Below, in pieces: positions 37,201 through 46,779 of a stretch of DNA of 64,000 nucleotides. The translations under genes were made by a program, and so were the position numbers. Under the pieces are notes generated by a model. That model saw only the letters and a list, made by a program, of their open reading frames with translations, did not search any database and was not told the DNA's origin. How positions within the stretch are numbered: position 1 is the stretch's first letter; each line of letters begins with the position of its first letter. Where the stretch lies: NCBI RefSeq assembly GCF_035594765.1, contig NC_085841.1:243804689-243868688 (forward strand). Direction: 5' to 3'. The stretch comes from Anolis carolinensis. Lineage: Eukaryota.

Positions 37201-40166
37201 TCCTGCCAGAGGAGTCAAAGTCACAGAAGGAAGTTGCTCTACTTCTTCCACTAGAAACAAAAAGAGGATTGGAAAGGGAAAAAATGGATAACAAGGGTAA
37301 AAATCTATCAACTCCCTTGGGGACAGAAAAGGAAATAGAACAAAGGATACCGAGCGATACCTGTGATGGATGCCCAGAAGATACAGCTTTAGCTCTTACT
37401 GTGGCCATTCCTAACTAAATGAAATCTACACCTTTGGAGGATAAAGATTTGTAGCATTCATAACTTTTGGTATTTCTTTCTTTATATAAAACCCATTTTG
37501 TTAAAGAAAAAACTCATACCTAGATACTCACTCCCTGTCACAAACCCACCAACTGATACAGAAATCTTTAAATGATTTTAAAAATCATTTTAAGATGTAG
37601 TTTTTTCAAGTCTTATATACCTGCACTCTAGTTTCCAAATACCAAACCTTTTTCAGGCCATTCGTTAAGCAAATTATATTTTTTAGAGATCATTTAGATT
37701 CTAATTTAAAATTCTGTGCAAAGACATCATGCAGCTATAGGATTCCCAAACATTTCTAATTTAACTGACTACTTACTGAGAGGGCTGTAGTCTTCAAGAC
37801 TGAAATTCCACATTTTTGTTATAGGATCTGAAGTAGAAGATAATTTGGAATTTAATTTTGCATTCAACATTGTATTAATATGTTCAGGCACTTGCACAAG
37901 AAATTCTTACAGGAACATGGCTCATTTGATCATGCAGAATATGCTGTCATATAACTGCTAACATGTCTCCCTTCTTTGTTTACTCTTGGATGGAAAGAGA
38001 GGAACTACCACTGCTTACTACATCAGAGGTTGGGGAATAAAAAATGTGGGAATAAGAGTATGCAGGTTAATGTACCCTTCTGGTAATTTTTGTGTGTGTG
38101 TGTGTGTGAGGAACGACTTGAGAAACTGAAAGTCTCTTCTGGTGTGAGAGAACTGGCTGTCTGCAAGAATATTGCCCCAGGGGACGCTTAGATGTTTGAT
38201 GTTTTACCATCCCTGTGGAAGGCTTCTCTCATGTCCCCACATGGGGAGCTGGAGCTGACAGAGCGAGCTCATCTGTGCTCTCCCCGGATTCGAACCGGCA
38301 TCCTTCAAGTCAGCAACCCAACCTTCAAGTTAATAGTCCTGCTGGCACAAAGGTTTAACCTATTGCGCCACCGGGAGCTCCTGGTAATGACCACATTAAA
38401 ATGACTGACTTATTTCTAAGGCCCATTCTACACTGCCATATAATCCTGATTATCAAAGCAAATACTCCACATTATCTGTTTTAAACTGAGCAGATAATCT
38501 GGATTTGATATGGCAGTGCAGAAGGGGCCTTAGATCAAAAAAGTTATCAGCATCTCATCCCGGAGAGCACCAATGATAGATTGTAAACCTGAGGTAGGGA
38601 ACTGTCAAATTAACCAATTATAGCCATTTTGAGAACCTTTATGGCTGAAAAGCAAGATATAAATACTGTAATATTGTATTTATAATACTATGAATAAGTG
38701 AAATAGTTTTAGAATTACTGAGAAATTAAGAATAGACTCTCTCAGAGGCTCTGAGAATTTCACTATGCTCGCCATCACCTCCAGAGATTACACTGGAAAT
38801 ACACAAACCCCTGATCTCATATTCCCACACAATTTACTGTTTGTTTAGGTTCTGCATGTTTATGAGGATTGGATCATTACACTATGATGTCATTTCCTAA
38901 TTGGGTCTATAAATGTCATTTCCTAATTGGGTTTATCATAAAAACATATTAAAAGTTTATTAAACAGCAAAAACTTTATTTTTGAGGGACATCCTGCAGA
39001 ATATTTTGTCATAGTATTTCCAATGAATAGCTCATAGAGTCTCAACCAATTCAACATAGGTTGTAGCAGCCGCAAAGACAAAGTTTTTAAGATATAACAA
39101 CTACTTTCAAAGCAAGGACCGCACAATTAAACAGGAAAGAACACTTTCAACCAGGAACAGATTTTTTTTTCAAATTTTGTTAGTGTTATTTTTATAAAAG
39201 ACAATTAAGCTGCAAACAGATCTGTATTGTCTGCACAAGAAACAAACAACCATTATGTACCTTACCATAATTTTTACTGGGTAGACTTCGGAACATTTCA
39301 ATGAGTTCCTTATTGTATCCTATCTCAACCCGGAATCGGTCTTCAGAGTGCTTCACACACTTCCCTCTAAGGGCACTGTGTTTTTTGATTTGAACAGGAA
39401 TTTCAGATGGGTTACTTGTACCTCCAGAAACAAGCAATTTGGGTTCTTTTCCCGCTTTTATAGGAACAGAAGTATTTTTTGTACCGTAAAACTGCAATGT
39501 GTTACTACCTTCTTTTTTGGCACAGAGTTCAGAGGTTAGGTTTGTGGCAATTGCCAGCATTTCACAGTCATCCAAAGCTGTGTTGCTGGTGGCTCGTGGT
39601 GCCATATGTTTAACATCAGCATGGCCACTGATTGATTTGCCCTGAGTTTGTAAGGTTTTAATATTGTGAGGGTTCCAATTAACATCTTGTCTGGATGGAT
39701 ATTGGACCACTGGGCAAAATTTAGACTGCAACGAGCGAGCATTAAATTGGATTGGTTGACCTTGTTCTTGTGCTCTCAGATTAGGTGAGTGCCAAGGAGG
39801 GTGACTCAGAGAGTTTTGCACCACTTGGGAAGGCTGTTTCATGTGGACCAACTGTCTGCTGGAACACTGTGATGAATCCACCTCACAGGGTCCGTGCAAA
39901 ATGTGACTGTGTGGCATTTGAGGATCCTTCTGCACAACATGGTTGCTGGAGACCTGGAGATGATGGCTGCTGGGGCTGGCATGATGGTTTTCCTTCTTCA
40001 AAGGCTGCTGCAGGTTTCTTTGACAGCTATGGAAACTCTGCAGGTCTGTCTGCTTCTTAGCAACGCTGCCCTGCTGAGCTGCCAGTCGTTCTGCCCTTCT
40101 TGCCAAAGCCTTCTGACGGTTCTCCTCTATCTTTCTTTTCTGTTCTTCTGTAAGTCCAGCTGACAT
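2916..40166 (-). CDS. SMARCAL1: SMARCAL1 (HARP annealing helicase, SNF2 family), spliced CDS of 14 exons, 3'-incomplete in this window
   Basis: Exons 39266-40166, 37777-37827, 36990-37250, 33430-33480, 31072-31255, 29380-29530, 27992-28150, 23301-23366, 11921-12061, 7830-8048, 5187-5257, 4562-4664, 3536-3718 and 2916-3016 join in frame through GT-AG introns. Motifs: [20 protein letters not shown], two HARP domains, [29 protein letters not shown]. The last exon ends in phase 2 with no stop codon. Confidence 0.97.
3536..3718 (-). CDS. SMARCAL1: SMARCAL1 exon (motif V)
   Basis: [20 protein letters not shown]...[28 protein letters not shown]; 183 nt. Confidence 0.97.
4562..4664 (-). CDS. SMARCAL1: SMARCAL1 exon (motif IV)
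   Basis: [34 protein letters not shown]; 103 nt. Confidence 0.96.
5187..5257 (-). CDS. SMARCAL1: SMARCAL1 71-nt exon, not in the ORF track
   Basis: tgcag|AAA CAA GAA... = [23 protein letters not shown]; donor AT|GTAAGA. Confidence 0.93.
6951..7266. mobile_element. Tc1/mariner (Tigger/pogo-like) MITE
   Basis: TIR CAGTAGAGTCTCACTTATCCAA ... TTGGATAAGTGAGACTCTACTG with TA duplications; multicopy in this window. Confidence 0.9.
7830..8048 (-). CDS. SMARCAL1: SMARCAL1 exon (inter-lobe linker)
   Basis: [43 protein letters not shown]...GYKS; 219 nt. Confidence 0.96.
9850..9975 (+). mobile_element. CR1 LINE 3' end fragment
   Basis: GGATGGCCCGTGAGGTCTCTTCCAACTCTACGATTCTATGA, the typical CR1 3' terminal motif. 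Confidence 0.7.
10618..10887 (+). mobile_element. Sauria SINE (internally deleted)
   Basis: tRNA-like head, (ACCTTT)n tail, 14-bp TSD TAACTACTGATACA at 10604-10617 and 10888-10901. Confidence 0.9.
11020..11315 (+). mobile_element. Sauria SINE (5'-truncated)
   Basis: Same body as the 10618 copy, B-box GTTCGAATC, ACCTTT-type tail. Confidence 0.85.
11921..12061 (-). CDS. SMARCAL1: SMARCAL1 exon (motif III)
   Basis: [47 protein letters not shown]; 141 nt; preceded by an 11.2 kb intron. Confidence 0.96.
12960..13700 (-). mobile_element. Highly degraded Penelope-like element (GIY-YIG remnant) hosting the hAT MITE
   Basis: Minus-strand translation of about 13500-13670 gives SPNVI...CQ...FYAGE...[12 protein letters not shown], resembling the Penelope GIY-YIG region; many stops. 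Confidence 0.4.
13101..13230. mobile_element. hAT MITE
   Basis: TIRs CGGTGATTCTCAACCTGTGGGTCC / GGACCCACAGGTTGAGAATCACTG; 8-bp TSD GGTTAAAG/GGTTAAAA. Confidence 0.85.
14797..14850. repeat. (GA)n microsatellite
   Basis: Perfect dinucleotide run of about 27 units; it explains the poly-ER/SL ORFs in the track. Confidence 0.98.
19960..21800 (+). mobile_element. L2-clade LINE, degraded RT region and 3' end
   Basis: Fragmented frames give [58 protein letters not shown] and [12 protein letters not shown]; many frameshifts. Confidence 0.9.
21877..22142 (+). mobile_element. tRNA-derived SINE (second family)
   Basis: A-box-like head, B-box GTTCGAATC, A-rich tail, 11-bp TSD CTCTTGTTTTA at 21866-21876 and 22143-22153. 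Confidence 0.85.
23301..23366 (-). CDS. SMARCAL1: SMARCAL1 66-nt exon (Walker B DESH), not in the ORF track
   Basis: ttcag|GAT GAA TCA CAT... = [22 protein letters not shown]; donor AAA|GTGAGT. Confidence 0.96.
24925..25405 (+). mobile_element. CR1 3' fragment split by a minus-strand LINE/SINE tail with (AAT)n
   Basis: GGTGGAGTCTCTTTCTCTGGAAGTTTTTAAGAAGAGGCTAGAT ... GATGGCTATT ... GGTCTCTTCCAACTCT; insert at about 25022-25310. Confidence 0.7.
25971..26303 (+). mobile_element. Full-length Sauria SINE
   Basis: 15-bp TSD TTATTGTATTTGAAA at 25956-25970 and 26304-26318; (ACCTTT)3 tail. Confidence 0.92.
27992..28150 (-). CDS. SMARCAL1: SMARCAL1 exon
   Basis: [53 protein letters not shown]; 159 nt; phase 0-0. 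Confidence 0.95.
29380..29530 (-). CDS. SMARCAL1: SMARCAL1 exon (Walker A, motifs I/Ia)
   Basis: [50 protein letters not shown]; 151 nt. Confidence 0.97.
29713..30052. mobile_element. Tigger/pogo-like MITE
   Basis: Same TIRs and TA TSD as the 6951 copy. Confidence 0.9.
30150..30360 (+). mobile_element. 5S rRNA-derived SINE, degraded
   Basis: ATCTTGTAAGCTAAGCAGAGT...CTGGATAGTGCTTGGGTGGAAAACAGCC resembles the 5S internal control region and is followed by a non-5S body. Confidence 0.7.
31072..31255 (-). CDS. SMARCAL1: SMARCAL1 exon
   Basis: [26 protein letters not shown]...[12 protein letters not shown]; 184 nt; tacag| and AA|GTAAGT. Confidence 0.95.
31657..31797. other. Assembly gap (141 N)
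   Basis: Run of N inside an intron; the flanking exon phases match, so no coding exon is needed here. Confidence 0.99.
33430..33480 (-). CDS. SMARCAL1: SMARCAL1 51-nt exon (end of HARP2), not in the ORF track
   Basis: ctttcag|AT ATG AAG ACC AGA AAA TGG... = [17 protein letters not shown]; donor A|GTAAGA; paralogous to the 37777-37827 exon. Confidence 0.93.
34190..34218. repeat. (GT)n microsatellite
   Basis: Perfect dinucleotide run. Confidence 0.95.
34926..35072. mobile_element. PIF/Harbinger-like MITE (related copies at about 38420-38530, 48365-48497, 49683-52073, 54835-55020, 56098-56250)
   Basis: TIR GGCCCTTCCAC(AC)AGC ... GCTGTGTGGAAGGGGC with TWA-like flanks. Confidence 0.75.
36119..36783. 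mobile_element. Non-autonomous Tigger-like DNA transposon
   Basis: Ends CAGGCAGTGCCC ... GAGACAGCCTG; reverse-orientation relative of 41982-43359. Confidence 0.65.
36990..37250 (-). CDS. SMARCAL1: SMARCAL1 exon (HARP linker and HARP2)
   Basis: (M)[14 protein letters not shown]...[35 protein letters not shown]; tttctag| and G|GTAAGT; 261 nt. Confidence 0.94.
37777..37827 (-). CDS. SMARCAL1: SMARCAL1 51-nt exon (end of HARP1), not in the ORF track
   Basis: ttcag|AT CCT ATA ACA AAA ATG TGG AAT TTC... = [17 protein letters not shown]; donor A|GTAAGT; phase 1-1. Confidence 0.93.
38088..38380 (-). mobile_element. tRNA-derived SINE (family of the 21877 copy)
   Basis: Reverse-complement similarity to 21877-22142; TSD CTGGTAAT at 38080-38087 and 38381-38388. 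Confidence 0.85.
38880..39185. mobile_element. Possible non-autonomous Chapaev3-like DNA transposon
   Basis: TTA|CACTA ... TAGTG|TTA: CAC/GTG termini with a 3-bp TWA duplication. Confidence 0.45.
39266..40166 (-). CDS. SMARCAL1: SMARCAL1 first coding exon: RPA32-binding helix, low-complexity linker, start of HARP1
   Basis: [28 protein letters not shown]...[34 protein letters not shown]. Donor G|GTAAGG at 39266/39265. Acceptor TTTTTTCTTTGCGATTATATAG puts the exon start at 40191, giving 25 nt of 5' UTR. Confidence 0.95.
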
Positions 40167-40250
40167 CGTCCATTAAGCGCTCATTGGAAACCTATATAAT
40201 CGCAAAGAAAAAACCAATACCAATGAACTATGTTTATAACAATAATGATA

Positions 40251-40573
40251 CAGTAGAGTCTCACTTATCCAAGACTCACTTATCCAAGGTTCTGGATTAT
40301 CCAAGGCATTTTTGTAGTCAATGTTTTCAATATACCATGATATTTTGGTGCTAAATTCGTAAATACAGTAATTACAACATAACATTACTGCGTATTGAAC
40401 TACCTTTTCTGTCAAATTTGTTATATAACATGATGTTTTGGTGCTTAATTTGTAAAATCATAACCTAATTTGATGTTTAATAGGCTTTTCCTTAATCCCT
40501 CCTTATTATCCAAGATATTTGCTTATCCAAGGTTCTGCCGGCCCGTTTAGCTTGGATAAGTGAGACTCTACTG
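40251..40573. mobile_element. Tigger/pogo-like MITE, 60 bp from the acceptor of the first coding exon
   Basis: Same TIRs and TA TSD as the 6951 copy. Confidence 0.92.
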
Positions 40574-41981
40574 TAATACCGGTAATATTTTTATTTCTTA
40601 CTCAGCTCTCCTCGCGGCTCGAGGCGGGTTACAACATCACTAAAAGACATTAGCTAAAATGTTCTATAAATACACATATTAAAACATATTTCTATAAAAC
40701 ACATATTAAAATACACAGAACAAAGATAAACATTAGATGCAAGTATAAAATATGTGTCTATCATCTGGTTGCAGGAGTCTCAATCAATCATAGAATTTAA
40801 GCTGTTTATTAGTAGAATTCAGCTTAAAACATCTTTGGGACACAGGGTACACCAATACTGCAGAATTAATGCAGTTCAACACCATTTTAACTGCCATGGA
40901 ATCATGTGAGTTGTAGTTTTATATTGTCTTTAGCCTTCTCTGCCGAAGAGTGTGGATGCCTCACCAAACGACAAATCCAAGGATTTTATATTATTGAGCA
41001 TTGACGATTAATGTGGTGTGAAACTGTATAGTTGCGCAGTTTCCCAATGGGAAAAAGTATATGAACTTGGGAAAACTGATCAAAATACAACAGAGAACTA
41101 CCTCTTTATTAAAATATTGTGTATGTGTGCTCTTTATTTGTTTGTTCTCTGGACAATCTATTTTTTATGTACTTTCAGAACTGTAATTGCTATTCCTGAT
41201 TCAAAACTACACAATATTCCATTTGGGACTTTTTATTTCCCACTTTTTGGAAAGCTCCACGGCCTTCAAAGTTGCACCACATAATTTTGTTTGGCGCTTC
41301 TTCCCTGCTGTCTTTCAGGAGAAAAGGGGATTATAAAGGTGAGCAACACTTACGGTTGTGCAGTAATTCAAAGCTGTGCAATAGTACTCGGTCACAAGTG
41401 ATCGCCTATAAATAGCAACATTTAAATTTGCATAACATTCCATATTGGGCTTTTTGGAAGAGTCCACAAGTTTCATGAGAAAACTGTAGTTTTTCATGAA
41501 AATATGCTGCTTTTGGAGCTGCTCTATAGCGTTCCTCGGAAAGATGCAGTTTCTCATCGTTGCAGGAGTAAGGTTCCTATATGTCTCATCACTATGAGAC
41601 GAAAAATTAGGAATGGTGAAATCTAGAATTACCCTCTCTACTATGTATCTTTAATTAATATCTCTCCCAGTGACAACGCAGTTAACTTCAGCTTCGCCTG
41701 ATGAGACACTAGATATATTAGAAGAAATATTACTACATTTCCCAGAACATCTTACTTTTCAGTAATGGAGTTTTCATTACCGAAATGATCTATCCCATGA
41801 CAGAAATTATAGTAATCAAATATTTGAACTATGCTCTCTTCTGTTTTAATGTTTTTTCCGTCACTCTTGTTACACACATTTACATTCAAAGTTAAACACT
41901 TGAATATGAATCCAGCTGTGTGTCTGGCACTAGCACTTACAACAGGAGTAGAAGTGGCCATCTAGAAACCATTTAACTGTA

Positions 41982-43359
41982 CAGGCAGTCCATGAGTTAC
42001 AAACATCTGACTTACAAACAGCTCATAGTTAAGAACAGAGGTGAGACAACAGGGGCCAGGCTGTGGAGCAGCTGGTTAATAGCCAGCTGCAATAAATCAC
42101 TACTGACCCAGAGGTCATAAATTCGAAGCCATCCCGAGTCAGATTGAGCGCCCAACCATTAAAAATAGCCTAGCTCATTGTTTATCTAAGCAACCCGAAA
42201 GATAGTTGCATCTATCAAGTAGGAAATTTAGGTGCTACTTATGCGGGGAGGCTAATTTAACTAATGTAAGACACCATAAATATCGTCCAGCAGTGTGCAG
42301 AAGATTGAGGAAGTAATCCATCAAGGACTCAGTGTCACAGTGAATGATGAAGCAGAAGCTCCTCCTTTGGCCTGAATTGAGCATACCTTCATGAAGCCAG
42401 AAGCTGAAAAATGTTAAATTGCCTCTGTGTCTTTGTCTCTGTATGTCATATGGCATTGAATGTTTGCCATATATATGTATATTGTGATCCACCCTGAGTG
42501 CCCCTCGGGGTTAGAAGGGCGGAATATAAATATTGTAAATAAATAAATACGTGAGAGAAATCTATCCCTCGGAAGGGAAATTTACTCCCGAGTTATCCTG
42601 AGGAGGAGGGATAAATCCTAGAGCACAGATTAACCAGAATGGAAATGGAACTGGTATGACACTCTACATTGGCTGGTTTTTTATGGTTATTAGCGTATTT
42701 TTCGCTTTATAGGACGCACCTGATGATAAGACGCGTCCAGGAACTAAGGGCAAAATGGGGCGATCTGTGCCGTGCGCGTGCGCGCACGGCACAGATCGCC
42801 CCATTCTCCCTGCCTGGACACACATTGCGTTTATAAGACGCACTGACTTTCCCCCTCTATTTGGGGGGGGGGGGGGAGTGCGTCTTATAAACCGAAAAAT
42901 ACGGTAGTTTATATAATTGCTTATTTTAATTTAGTGCATAATGTTTAGTATTGTTCTTGGTTTAAATGTTATGGTCTTCATTTTATATAGGCATTGAATA
43001 TTTGTGTTGGAGTCCCCACGTTGAGATACAAATAAAGTTTATTACTATTATTATTATTATCATGGAGAAAAGGGGTCTCCATGGAAACTTTAGAACCAAT
43101 TATTGTTTCCACAAGCCAAATTTTTCAAAATTCAATTATTACAAAACAAAAAGTGAGTGAAATCTTCTGAACAGGGCACAGACAACAAAACAAACACCAC
43201 AGGGGTGTTAACCCTTCCCTGTGCTATCCAAAGCTAATATATATCGATATATTTGGCTGGAGTCAAACTTAAAAAATGTACCCATTCTGGCATACATCCA
43301 AATTCAACTTGAAAACAAATTTACTGAATCTTTCTTGTTCATAATTTGGGGATTACCTG
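41982..43359. mobile_element. Tigger-like element hosting a SINE (about 42052-42548) and a Tc2-like MITE
   Basis: TA|CAGGCAGTCC ... GGATTACCTG|TA termini; the body resumes after each insert. Confidence 0.7.
42693..42904. mobile_element. Tc2-like MITE with a central perfect palindrome
   Basis: TA|GCGTATTTTTCGCTTTATAGGACGCAC ... GTGCGTCTTATAAACCGAAAAATACGG|TA. Confidence 0.85.
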
Positions 43360-43547
43360 TAATTCCCAGTATCCACCACCATTATATATATTGGTTAAGG
43401 TTATCAGTAGTTGTAGTTCAACATCTGGAGGGGTACTTAATTTTCACACCAAAATATATCAATATATGCAATTACAGCATTATCCTGCTGAAAATAATAT
43501 CAAGTAGATGGAAATCTCCAAATTATGGTGTATAGCAGAAAGAATAA

Positions 43548-43725
43548 TAAAATCCTAGAGTTGGAAAAGACCTCACGGGCCATCCAGTCCAACCCCCTGC
43601 CAATAAGCAGGAAAATGACATTCAAAGCACCCCCGACAGATGGCCATCCAGCCATCCAAAGAAGGAGCCTCCACCACACTCCGGGGTGGAGAGTTCCACT
43701 GCACAGTGAGGAAGTTCTTCCTAAA
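43548..43725 (-). mobile_element. CR1 3' end fragment
   Basis: ATCCTAGAGTTGGAAAAGACCTCACGGGCCATCCAGTCCAACCCCCTGCC is the reverse CR1 terminus. Confidence 0.8.
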
Positions 43726-44705
43726 CAGAAAGAATAGTGTTGTAATACTTTAAACATTATTTTCTATACAAGTTTCAAGATGCTGTTTTGGTTTTCTTTG
43801 GTTTTCTTTTTCTTAATATGACTCTTCCCTGCCCATTAGCATTACATTTCAGCTCAAATGCAGGACTGAGTCATACAGCTGTGCACTTGTTTTGTGTTTT
43901 GGACTGACGTCAAACCAGGCTGATCTTCCCTTGGTGGAGTCAGCTTGGATTATCTCTCAGTGATGGGATATATGGATCTGCCAGTATACCCATTAGTGCC
44001 ACGTTTCTTTTCACAGACAAGCATAGAAGAGGTGCTGACAAACTTGGCATGTGGCAAATCCATTCACGCTACCTGTCAACAAGGGACAAATCAAATGACC
44101 TGGGCTTCTCAACATTGTGTGTGCAAAATTCATAGCTGGAAACAAGGCATCTAAACTAGATCTCTCTCCTACAGCGACATACAAGATAAAATACTAAATC
44201 ATGAGGTTTTTAGGGGAGAACCAAAAGACAAAGAGTCAGATCATTGTCCCTCCACATCCATGGATCCTGCACTTACAAATTCAATTATCCACAGCTTGAA
44301 AAATCTGAGGGAGGTGGGCCAGAAAGAATAACGCAAATAAATATAACAACAACAGCCTGAGTAAAAAAGACCCTTATTTATTCATTTATTTATTTACTAT
44401 ATTTATACCCCAGCCTTCTCACCCTGAAGGGGACTTACAGCAGCTTGCAAACTATGGCAAAAATCAGTACTGCATCATAGATACAACAATAAACATACTA
44501 TATTAAATTATAACACAGTTAAAACATATAATTAAAACATAAATACAATAAAACAGATTTAAACATACAAAGTACTGAGTCATGATTTCCATACTTCTTG
44601 GTTTTCCTATAGTCATTATTCATTACTCAAACTGCTAGGTTGAATTCTGCATTAGACATCAACTTCAGCTAGCATCGAAAATAAAAAAGGCAAGCCACAA
44701 TCTAG

Positions 44706-44930
44706 ATTGCTGTGAGTTTTTCAGGCTGTATGGCCATGTCCCAGTAGCATTCTCTCCTGACATTTTGCATGCATCTATGGTAGGCATCATCAGAGGTTTG
44801 TTCAGAGGTCTGAGGACGCCTACCATAGATGCAGGCAAAAAGTGAGGAGAGAATGCTACCGGAACATGATCATACAACCCGAAAAACTCACAGCAACTAA
44901 GTAATTCCAGCCATGAAAGCCTTCGACAAG
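44706..44930. mobile_element. Penelope-like element 3' ends in inverted arrangement
   Basis: Arm 44708-44796 is approximately the reverse complement of 44810-44897; the tail ends CCAGCCATGAAAGCCTTCGACAA. Confidence 0.8.
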
Positions 44931-45239
44931 CCATAACCTTTTACACATAAAAGCAAAACATTCCCTTCATGAAACATAAAAGTGAGACAGTCAGGATCTC
45001 AACAAAGATGAAAAACAGCAAATGAAAAATTGCTATCTTCCATAACCTGTGAAAACATTTCTCTATGAATTTCTAAGTCTTCCAGGACAACTCTGTGGCC
45101 AAGCTCCTCTGGAAGCTGACCATAGAATTACACTGCAGGACATAGGCATTCCTAGGGAGAACATTTTTAAGTAATTCCATTAATAATCAAATCCACAAAT
45201 GAAGCGAGAGTGGTACTGTACACATCACAATGCTGCAGG

Positions 45240-45480
45240 CCAACTATTGTTCTTTCACTCATCAAATAAAGCCCGGCTTCTCATGGAGGTACATCTTTCT
45301 TTCTTGAAAAAAAATTTTGGAAAAGGGAAAAAAATGTTAACTAAAAAGGATTGGAGGGAAAGAATACAGAAGCATATACCAATGGCCAAATTAACCAATA
45401 GTAGGAGGCACAAAAGTCACATTGACTTTTTGGAGAAGTGGAAGCTGGCCATTGCATATCTGAGTGGAGAGTAGAGGGGC
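45240..45480 (+). mobile_element. L1-type LINE ORF2 C-terminal remnant
   Basis: W-x(8)-PMAKLT...FLEKW...YL pattern in ORF 45199..45474. Confidence 0.5.
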
Positions 45481-45754
45481 TCCAGAGTGCATTAGTGATG
45501 GAAGTCATGGTGATGGGTACCCGGGTGTGGGGAAGTGGGGCTATCTGGTGCGGGATATAGGTTTTGGGTGTGTGTATGCTTTGTAAGATATCGTGTGCTG
45601 TTGTTTGGTTGTTATGGTGAAAAGTTTGGTGAAAAGCAAGCCAGGAGGGGTGCTGTCTAGTATTTTAATTATTAAAGTGTTCAGTTGACTTTAACTTATT
45701 TGCATGTTTAATACTATTTTGATATTTATACATTGCAGATTTTAAATTGCATTA

Positions 45755-46416
45755 CAGTAGAGTCTCACTTATCCAAAATAAACGGGCCGGCAGAATGTTG
45801 AATAAGCAAAAATGTTGGATAATAATGAGGGATTAAGGAAAAGCCTAAGGTAATGTTTTTCCCCTCACATTAAGTCCAGTCGTGTCCGAATCTGGGGGTT
45901 GGTGCTCATCTCCATTTCTAAGCCAAAGGGCCGGCCTTGTCTGTAGACACCTCCTAGGTCATGTGGCTGGCACGACTGCATGGAGCGCCATTACCTTCCC
46001 ACCGGAGTGGTACCTATTGATCTACTCACATTTGCATGTTTTCAAACTGTTAGGTTGGCAGAAGCTGGGGCTAACAGCGGGAGCTCACCCCACTCCCTGG
46101 ATTCAAACCGCCAACCTTTCGATCAGCAAGTTGAGCAGCTCAGTGGTTTAACCTGCTGCACCACTGGGTTAAATATGTTTCCTTTGTTTAATAGGAAAAG
46201 CCTATTAAACATCAAATTATGTTATGATTCTACAAGTTAAGCACGAAAACATCATGTTTCACAACAAGGCTGCCTCTTGTTTGGGAGCGTGGTTGTGCTT
46301 GTGTTGTTGTTGGGTGTGTTGGCCCGCTGCGCTTTGTTGCCTAGAGAAACAGCTGTGGATCCGAGCGGGAGGCAGAACATTGGATGAGCGAAGGTTGGAT
46401 ATGTGAGACTCTACTG
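45755..46416. mobile_element. Tigger/pogo-like MITE with an inserted Sauria SINE (about 45849-46170, minus)
   Basis: TIRs intact; AGGAAAAGCCTA is duplicated on both sides of the insert (45836 and 46193). Confidence 0.85.
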
Positions 46417-46779
46417 TATTTAAATTGCATCTCAATCAAAGAGAGAGAAAACAGAATATAAATATTAAATAAATAAATGCATATAATAAACATAAAATCC
46501 CCACTCACCCAGTTTCTTCGGATCCCAAATCATGGGAGTCGTAGTTCTACTATGAGGCCTTTAGCGTCCTCTGCCCAAGAGTGCTGGTGCCCCAGCACAG
46601 GACAAACCCCATGATTCCATAGCATTGAGCCAAGGCAGTTGAAGTGCGGTCAACGCGCATTAATTTTACAGTGTAGATCAGACATGGGCAAACTTCGGCC
46701 CTCCAGGTGTTTTGGACTTCAACTCCCACTATCCCTAACGGCCTACAGCCCACAAAGCCTTCAAGCCATCCTAAACCAC

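Noticed and set aside
39192-39265. C-terminal tail of the 324-aa ORF ([10 protein letters not shown]...)
   Set aside because: It is intron read-through past the donor at 39265.
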